Shown: positions 55,005-61,240 of the stretch, piece after piece
How the letters are laid out: every line of letters begins with the position of its first letter
How positions within the stretch are numbered: position 1 is the first letter of the stretch
IMG/VR virus record: IMGVR_UViG_3300020020_000030
Location: 1 to 63,818 of that record
Direction: 5' to 3' (one strand)
Source of the DNA: a virus
Lineage: Duplodnaviria; Caudoviricetes
Length of the DNA stretch: 63,818 bases
Made by a program: the position numbers and the translations under genes
The notes under the pieces: generated by a model
Databases searched by the model: none
What the model was told of the DNA's origin: nothing
The model's input: only the letters and a program-made list of their open reading frames with translations

Positions 55005-55138
55005 TTGAGACGGGTCGATCGTCGTCGGTTACCTCTTGTAAAGGGCTGGTCCTGGGTTCGAGTCCCAGTCGCGGAGCAATCCGCGGTAGCTCAGTTGGCA
55101 GAGCGGCAAACCCCGGTGGCACTTCACATCCGTCTCAA
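55005..55138 (+). ncRNA. Y RNA 2 (YrlA-like, circularly permuted tRNA-Thr(UGU) mimic)
   Basis: Stem TTGAGACGG/CCGTCTCAA; loop CTTGTAA; T-arm CTGGG-TTCGAGT-CCCAG; 7-bp acceptor stem closed by GCAA; then TA-GCTC-AGTTGGCA-GAGC D-arm. Confidence 0.9.
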
Positions 55139-55146
55139 CTCACTCC

Positions 55147-55216
55147 CTGCGGGTCGCTCGCGGTCGGTTATCTACTCGAAATGGATCAAGCCCGGTCGCA
55201 ACATCCACATCCGCAG
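55147..55216 (+). ncRNA. Y RNA 3 (minimal; displays an anticodon stem-loop, Ser CGA-like)
   Basis: Stem CTGCGG/CCGCAG, same Ro helix and CGGTTA box; ATCTA-CTCGAAA-TGGAT hairpin. Confidence 0.75.
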
Positions 55217-55322
55217 CACAATCTTTGCTCTGACGTCACCGCGTGAACCTCCCCCCGGGAGGAGCCGGCCAAGGCCCAGGGGCGCAGTCGGGTCAGACGG
55301 CTGCTCCCCACAACTCTGTCCA

Positions 55323-55413
55323 TTCGGGTCGCAGAGATCGGTTATCTCGGTACAGCACCTCTCAGGGGTGGGCGGGTTCAACCCCGCCGTTCCGGTCTCG
55401 ACTCACATCTGAA
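55323..55413 (+). ncRNA. Y RNA 4 (T-arm-like payload; 3' end overlaps the Ro60 RBS)
   Basis: TTCGGGTCG...CATCTGAA stem, GAGATCGG/CCGGTCTC stem, CGGTTA box, GGCGGG-TTCAAC-CCCGCC. Confidence 0.7.
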
Positions 55414-55425
55414 AGGGGCATCGCC

Positions 55426-57003
55426 ATGAGCGACGCTTACACGCGCGCGGTCACTGAGCCGCGCGCCGCCACCGACCGGATCGCCGGCACGGTGGAGAAC
55501 CACACCGGCGGAGCCGTGTTTGAGATCGGAGATCTCGCACAGGCCCGTCGCTTCCTGATCCTCGGCACTGCCGGCGGCACGTACTACCAGGGCGAGCGTG
55601 ACATCACGCGCGAGAACATCGACGTCCTGGTCCGCGTCGCCAAGGCGGAGCCGGCGGCGTTCGTCGAGATGATCGCCGACGTGTCCGAGCGCGGCCTCGC
55701 TCCGAAGCTCGACCCGCAGCTCTTCGCGTTCGCCCTCTGCACCTCGCAGCCGGGCGAGGCGCGCGCGCTGGCGTTCGCCGAGTTCGGCCGTGTGATCCGC
55801 ACCGCCGGTCACCTGTTGCAGTGGGCGCGCTACCACAAGGTGCTCGGCGGCAAGGTGGCTCGCGCTTGGCGGCGCACCGTGGCGCACTGGTATCTCTCGC
55901 ACGACCCGAGCGCGCTGGCCTACCAGCTTGCCAAGTACCGTCAGCGTGACGGCTGGGCGCAGAAGGACTTGATCGACATGTCCCACGCGCTCGCCGGCTC
56001 TGGCCCGATCGAGCAGACGGCGGTGCTGGCATGGGCGCGCGGGTCGTTCGGCAAGGAAGGCTTCGAGTGGATCGACGCCCACCTGCCGGAGCTGCTCCTG
56101 CAGCTCGAGACCGACGCCTCGGCCGCGGACCAGATCCGCGCCGGCGCGTCGTGGGAGATGCTGCCGGACGCCGAGCTGCGCAAGCCGGAGACGTGGGCGC
56201 TACTCCTCGCGGAGCGCCGCCTGCCGCTGACGGCCGCGATGCGCAACCTGGCGCGGATGACCGAGCTCGGGGTGATCGACCCGTTCATGGTGAACGCGCC
56301 GGCAGCTGCGCTGAGCACGATGTTCCACGACGAGCGCGCCCTCCGGGGTGCGCGGATCCACCCGCTGAACGTCCTGCTCGCGGCCAAGCAGTACGCCACC
56401 GGCGCGACGCGCTCGGGCCTGCGCTACACGGCGATCCCGGGTGTGGTCTCGATGCTCGACGCGGCGTTCTACAAGTCGTTCGAGACGGCGCCGGCCTCCG
56501 GCAAGCGTCACCTCGTCGGCGTGGACATCTCGAGCTCGATGCGTGCCAAGACCGCTCTCGGGCTGTCGAGCCACGAGATCGCCACCGTGCTCGCGATGAA
56601 GATCCTGCGCTCGGAGCCGGCGTCCTACGCCGTCGGCTTCGGCACCACGATCCGAGAGCTCGGGCTGAACGCCTCGATGGACCTGCTCGGCGCCTTGCGC
56701 ACCACGCAGGGTCCGTTCGGCGCGACCAACCCGGGCGCGCTGATCGAGTACGCGGCGCAGCGCAACCTGGCCGTGGACACCTTCGTCGTCATCACCGACA
56801 ACGAGGTCAACCGCGGCTACCACGTCCCCGACCTGCTCCGCGCGTACCGGGAGCGGATGGGCATCGACGCGAAGCTGGTCGTGCTCGCCACGACCTCGAC
56901 CTCGTTCTCGATCGCAGATCCCCGAGACCCCGGGATGCTCGACATCGCAGGATTCGGCGCTGACGTGCCGGCCCTGCTGACCGAGTTCTCTCGGGGGGCA
57001 TAG
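55426..57003 (+). CDS. rsr: Ro60/TROVE-vWA RNA-binding protein (Rsr ortholog)
   Basis: 525 aa; RRFLILGT.GGTYY, LAYQLAKYRQRDGWAQKDL, RNLARMT, ARIHPLNVL, MIDAS DISSSM, ITDNE, DIAGF. Confidence 0.95.
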   Translation: MSDAYTRAVTEPRAATDRIAGTVENHTGGAVFEIGDLAQARRFLILGTAGGTYYQGERDITRENIDVLVRVAKAEPAAFVEMIADVSERGLAPKLDPQLFAFALCTSQPGEARALAFAEFGRVIRTAGHLLQWARYHKVLGGKVARAWRRTVAHWYLSHDPSALAYQLAKYRQRDGWAQKDLIDMSHALAGSGPIEQTAVLAWARGSFGKEGFEWIDAHLPELLLQLETDASAADQIRAGASWEMLPDAELRKPETWALLLAERRLPLTAAMRNLARMTELGVIDPFMVNAPAAALSTMFHDERALRGARIHPLNVLLAAKQYATGATRSGLRYTAIPGVVSMLDAAFYKSFETAPASGKRHLVGVDISSSMRAKTALGLSSHEIATVLAMKILRSEPASYAVGFGTTIRELGLNASMDLLGALRTTQGPFGATNPGALIEYAAQRNLAVDTFVVITDNEVNRGYHVPDLLRAYRERMGIDAKLVVLATTSTSFSIADPRDPGMLDIAGFGADVPALLTEFSRGA

Positions 57004-57011
57004 CCCCGAAC

Positions 57012-57051
57012 CACGAAAGCCCCGGCCACCTCACAGGCCGGGGCTTTCGTG
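57012..57051. terminator. Bidirectional intrinsic terminator between Ro60 and the major tail gene
   Basis: 16-bp perfect stem CACGAAAGCCCCGGCC / GGCCGGGGCTTTCGTG between convergent genes. Confidence 0.85.
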
Positions 57052-57059
57052 TGTGCGGA

Positions 57060-58043
57060 CTACTTGGTGGCCTCTGCCTTCTCGGCGCGGCGCTCGGCCG
57101 CGGCGTCGGCGACAGCGGCGGTCGGGTTCACAACGGTGGTGACCCAGACGCCGTTCTGCGACGCGCGCACCGTGTAGGCGCCGGGTGCGTCGTAGGTGTG
57201 CGTTGCCGTGCCCGGGGCGTCCACGATGTCCCAAGTGCCGTCGCCGAACTCGTAGTGCACCGGGCCGGTGGCCGGGGGCGTCGCGGTGAACGCGACGTCG
57301 AGGCCAGTCGCCACGCCGGCGACGCCGGTGAGGGCGGGCAGGCTCGGGTCGAGCAGCGGGCGGCAGCCGCAGGCAGCCTCGGGCGGTGCGACATCCGTGA
57401 GGATGGTGCGCAGCGCGACCGTGGTGCCGATCGGCGTGGTCATCGGGCCGGGCTGTCCGCCGGCGCCGATCATGATGTCGCTGTACGGGCCGACACCCCA
57501 GGCGTTGCCGTCGCGGGTCGAGCCGCCGGTCAGCGTGAAGCTGACCGCGCCGTTCTCCACCGTGAAGTCGCCGACGATGCCGCCGCGGATGAACGGCACC
57601 AGGATGTAGCCGAACGAGCCCTGCGCACCCTCGGTGGCGCAGGCGTCACCGGACGCCGAGCCGGCCCAGAGCTCGAGCGCGAAGCCCTGCCCCGTCAGGC
57701 TCGTGGCGGTGTCGATGTCGAAGCCGATGGCGTTGCCGAAGCTGTCGAGCACGACGGGCTGGCCCGTCGCGAGCGAGAACAGATCCGGGTCGACCTCACA
57801 GAACACGATCTCGACCGAGTAGCCGGTCAGGCTCGTCTCCGCGGGCTCGAACACGCAGACCTCGCCGGCGGCGTTGGTCACGTTGATCTCGTCGGATTCG
57901 GTCGTGTTCGCGGTGAACGCGACCGAGATGAATCCCTTGCTGACGACGGTCGAGCAGTCGCCGTAGACCGGCCGACCGCAGCCGTCCAGCCGCGTGAGCC
58001 GGATACGCCGGCCCTTGACCAGCGAAAGGCACTTGGTGGGCAT
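57060..58043 (-). CDS. Major tail protein (C-terminal PKD/Ig-like domain)
   Basis: RIRLTRLDGCG, EINVTNAAGEVC, WGVGPY; FGDG..HTY..PGAYTV PKD motif. Confidence 0.85.
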   Translation of the reverse strand: MPTKCLSLVKGRRIRLTRLDGCGRPVYGDCSTVVSKGFISVAFTANTTESDEINVTNAAGEVCVFEPAETSLTGYSVEIVFCEVDPDLFSLATGQPVVLDSFGNAIGFDIDTATSLTGQGFALELWAGSASGDACATEGAQGSFGYILVPFIRGGIVGDFTVENGAVSFTLTGGSTRDGNAWGVGPYSDIMIGAGGQPGPMTTPIGTTVALRTILTDVAPPEAACGCRPLLDPSLPALTGVAGVATGLDVAFTATPPATGPVHYEFGDGTWDIVDAPGTATHTYDAPGAYTVRASQNGVWVTTVVNPTAAVADAAAERRAEKAEATK

Positions 58044-58046
58044 GGC

Positions 58047-58373
58047 CTACTCCTCCTTGTTCGTCGCGGCGATCGCCGCGAGCATGTCGGCCTTGGTGGT
58101 GGCATCACCGAGGTCGACGCCGCGGGACTCTGCCCACGACTTGATCTCGGCGTTCTTCCAGTCGGAAGTCGGGGTGGCGTCAGCGTCGTCCGGCGTGCCG
58201 GCGACCGCCTCGTGGAAGGCATCGAGCACCGCGTCGGGCACCTGATATCCGCCAGCAACGGCCTTGACCTCGCGCGCGTCGACGCCGGCCGCAGCTGCCG
58301 CGGCGAGCGCTGCCTGCGCATTCTTGGTCGAGCGCCCGGCGATGATGCCGTAGCCCTCGGGGATGTTCGTCAT
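58047..58373 (-). CDS. Small virion-associated protein (C-terminal HeH/LEM-like)
   Basis: WKNAEIKSWAESRGVDL..TKADML. Confidence 0.6.
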   Translation of the reverse strand: MTNIPEGYGIIAGRSTKNAQAALAAAAAAGVDAREVKAVAGGYQVPDAVLDAFHEAVAGTPDDADATPTSDWKNAEIKSWAESRGVDLGDATTKADMLAAIAATNKEE

Positions 58374-59185
58374 TTCCGCCCCTTCCCTGGCTTGGTGTCG
58401 CCGGTGTCGGTGGTGCCGGCAGTGGCGGCGACGGTGACGGCGTAGTGCAGCGCGAACTCGCAGTCGATCGCGATGCCGTAGACCCGCTCGGCGATCGCCA
58501 TCTCCTGATTGATCGCCAGATCCGCGGTGCGTGCCGTGACGAACTCGCTGGCGTAGACCGTGGGCCAGCCGAACACTGCCGCGACGGTGTCGGATGCCGC
58601 GGCCGACGCGATGACCGGGGTGCCGTTGGCAGTCCAGAGCCGACCGCTCTCCTCGTCGCCGAACAGCGCCTTGGCCGCACGCGCCTGCACCGCCGCGAAG
58701 CGGGACAGCATGATGACCGGCTGGCCGAGGTAGAGCGTGTCCGCCGCCTCGTCCATCTGGCCAATCGCCGCGACCCACGACGTCTGCGCCGGGCCGGTGC
58801 CGCCGGCCGTGTTCAGGTACTCCCAGAGCACCTCCTCGACGCCGCGCGCCTCACCCTGCTCGAGCAGAGCGCGAGCGCGCTCGTCGTAGTCGGGATCGGA
58901 GCCGGTGCCGAGGTAGCACTGCACGCCCTGGTAGAGCGCGAAGATCGGGCCGGCACCGTGGTCGATCCCGGCGTAGGTCTTGTTGCCCGTGACCGGGTTC
59001 GGCACGTAGCACAGGCCAGGAGCGGCCTTGGGGAACTCGCAGCCGTCGCTGATCCACTGCAGCGCTTCGGCGGCGGCGAGACGGGGGGCAGACGTGAACT
59101 CTCCGACGACGGACTTGATACCGCCCTTGCGTGGCTTGCGCTCCGGGGGAGCGATGGAAACCTTGGGACCGGCCATCTTGCCCAC
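58370..59185 (-). CDS. Major capsid pentamer / second capsid protein
   Basis: 271 aa directly after the capsid gene; NQEMAIAERVY..DC. Confidence 0.65.
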   Translation of the reverse strand: MGKMAGPKVSIAPPERKPRKGGIKSVVGEFTSAPRLAAAEALQWISDGCEFPKAAPGLCYVPNPVTGNKTYAGIDHGAGPIFALYQGVQCYLGTGSDPDYDERARALLEQGEARGVEEVLWEYLNTAGGTGPAQTSWVAAIGQMDEAADTLYLGQPVIMLSRFAAVQARAAKALFGDEESGRLWTANGTPVIASAAASDTVAAVFGWPTVYASEFVTARTADLAINQEMAIAERVYGIAIDCEFALHYAVTVAATAGTTDTGDTKPGKGRK

Positions 59186-59246
59186 CTCCTCTCAGGAGTG
59201 GTTCTCCGGGGATCGCGCCGGGCTAGCCGCGATCCCCGGAGTCGAC

Positions 59247-60938
59247 TCAGACAGGAGCGATGCAGGAGAGCTCGTTGGCCCCCGTGACGCCCTTGAGGCA
59301 GGTGATGTCGATGGTCACCTTGCGACCGTCGCCACACTGGTTGATCAGCATGCCCGCCTCCTCGAAGAAGATGGCGGTGTACATGTTGACCTCGAGCCCT
59401 GCGGAGTCGTACACGGTGTCGAGGTTGATCACGTCGTTGTTGCCCCAGACGTAGGTGCCGGCGGGGTAGACGAGAGCCTCGAGCGTGGTCGGCCATGCGG
59501 TGCCCGTGGTGGCGAGCGGCTGGTAGGCGTTGATCCACTGCGGCGCCAGGTGGCGGGCGGTGAACGCCTGCTGGATCTGCGCGTCGGTGTAGGCCAGGAG
59601 CGCCTGGCCCGAGCGACGTGCGAGGTCGGCGCGGAAGATCTCCTTGGCCCAGATCGGCAGCACCGTCTCGATGACCGCGGTCGGCGAGAGGAACTGCTCC
59701 TGGCGGATGACCGCCGCCTGCAGCGAGAGGGCGTCGAGGATGTCGGCCGAGACGCTGCCGAGCTCCACGAAGTTCGTCGTGGCACCGATGTCTGCCGAGA
59801 CGCGCGCGAGCTGCACCGCGGCCATCTTGTACTGCCAACCGATCGTCGACAGGTTGATGAACCGGCGGATGAGCTCGGGCCAGCCGGCGGGGCTCGCCGT
59901 CAGGATCGGCGCCTTGAAGCAGTAGCCGAAGGCGTCGAGGCGGTGGTCCTCGAACGGGGGGCACTCGAACTCGAAGCAGACCTTGGGGGTGCCGGCCTCG
60001 GCCTCGGCCTCGGTCTGCACGAATCCGAAGGCGGGGTCGGCGAGCAGGTCGGCGAGCTGCGGGCCCTTGGTGAAGTTCAGGCCACCGTGGGTGATCGTCA
60101 CCTCGGGGAGCGTGAACAGGCCCTCAGCCGTCTCGTTCTCGCAGAACGTGTAGAGGGTCTCGCTCGGAGCACACCAGGCGCCGGACGCCAGGACCGTCTC
60201 GAGCCGCGAGCCGCGAGCCGCGTTCTGCACGATCTCGAGCTGCTCCGCGGTCGACATGTTGCCGTTGATCGTGAAGTCGGTCTCGGGACGGCGCAGTGTG
60301 GCGACGCCGTAGCGCTCCATGCTGGCCTTGTCCTTGCGGCCCGCGAACATGCGCGAGCGCGCCATGAACGCCTTGACCAGATCGTCCATGCCCTCGAGCG
60401 TGGCGCCGGCCGAGAAGTCGGGGACGTTGGCCGACGCGATCAGCGTGCCGCCGAGAGGCGCGGGCGGGATGACCTCGCGGGGCTTGGGAGCCCTGGACGC
60501 CGCGGTGCGGACGGTGCGCTTACGGGGCGCTGCGGAAGCGGTCACGAGCTCCTTCTCCTGTTCTGCCTCCGCGTTCTCGGGCTCGTCGGCCTCCTCGTCG
60601 GGCTCGCCCTCGGGCTCGCCCTCGCCGTCGTCCTCTTCGCCGTCGCCCTCGGGCTCGTCGTCGTCGTCTCCGCCGGCGGAATCTGCCGCGGCGACCCGGC
60701 CGCGCGCGGCGGCAAGCTTGTCGGCGCGCTCCTGGACGGCCGCGTTGGCAACGTCCTGAGCAGCCTCGATGGTGGCGATGTGCTGACCGAGCAACTCGAT
60801 GTCGGCCACTTCGGCGTCCGTGATCTCGGCGTCGTCCTTCATGGCGAGGCCGGCGTACTCCCCGAATGCGGCCTGGTGCAGCTCATCCAGCTTGTCGATC
60901 GAAAGACCGTCGAGGGTCTCCGGCATCTGGAACTTCAT
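59247..60938 (-). CDS. Major capsid (hexamer) protein with scaffold-like N-terminus
   Basis: ASGAWCAPSETLY, INLDTVYDS..N.YTAIFFEE motifs. Confidence 0.85.
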   Translation of the reverse strand: MKFQMPETLDGLSIDKLDELHQAAFGEYAGLAMKDDAEITDAEVADIELLGQHIATIEAAQDVANAAVQERADKLAAARGRVAAADSAGGDDDDEPEGDGEEDDGEGEPEGEPDEEADEPENAEAEQEKELVTASAAPRKRTVRTAASRAPKPREVIPPAPLGGTLIASANVPDFSAGATLEGMDDLVKAFMARSRMFAGRKDKASMERYGVATLRRPETDFTINGNMSTAEQLEIVQNAARGSRLETVLASGAWCAPSETLYTFCENETAEGLFTLPEVTITHGGLNFTKGPQLADLLADPAFGFVQTEAEAEAGTPKVCFEFECPPFEDHRLDAFGYCFKAPILTASPAGWPELIRRFINLSTIGWQYKMAAVQLARVSADIGATTNFVELGSVSADILDALSLQAAVIRQEQFLSPTAVIETVLPIWAKEIFRADLARRSGQALLAYTDAQIQQAFTARHLAPQWINAYQPLATTGTAWPTTLEALVYPAGTYVWGNNDVINLDTVYDSAGLEVNMYTAIFFEEAGMLINQCGDGRKVTIDITCLKGVTGANELSCIAPV

Positions 60939-61039
60939 GGCGTCCTCCTGCGAACGTAGGTCGTGTGGTGGGGGTCACGATGTGACCCACGGATCGACTC
61001 ACTCGCCTACGGCGCGGAGGGTACTGCTTCTGAGGCATG

Positions 61040-61069
61040 AGAATAGGCCCCCGCTGGCACCTAGTGCAA
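61040..61069 (-). promoter_or_regulatory. Promoter upstream of the capsid gene
   Basis: TTGCAC-18bp-TATTCT on the - strand. Confidence 0.5.
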
Positions 61070-61086
61070 GCGGGAGCCCTCTCAGA

Positions 61087-61239
61087 TCAGGCTGCTTTCC
61101 AGCTGCCCTGCATCCGCTTGGCCGCGGCGGCGGCTTCGACGTCGGACTTGTAGGCGTGCTTGGTCCCGTCCTTCGCGGTGACGACGTAGCTCTTGGGCTT
61201 GCCGTCGGCGGTCTTGTTCTTGCTGCAGGAACAGGCCAT
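61087..61239 (-). CDS. Small basic protein (MACSCSK...)
   Basis: 50 aa between the protease and capsid genes; GAGGGG RBS. Confidence 0.65.
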   Translation of the reverse strand: MACSCSKNKTADGKPKSYVVTAKDGTKHAYKSDVEAAAAAKRMQGSWKAA

Positions 61240-61240
61240 G

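Noticed and set aside
55030-55104. Canonical tRNA-Thr gene
   Set aside because: The arms are permuted (T-arm before D-arm), the acceptor ends are joined by a tetraloop, and there is no CCA; it is part of a Y RNA.
54870-55413. CRISPR array or mini-array
   Set aside because: Units are not identical direct repeats with uniform spacers; conservation is structural and no cas operon is present.
55243-55425. N-terminal extension of Ro60 given in the ORF track (586 aa)
   Set aside because: It overlaps Y RNA 4; the RBS and ATG at 55426 give a normal-length 525-aa protein.
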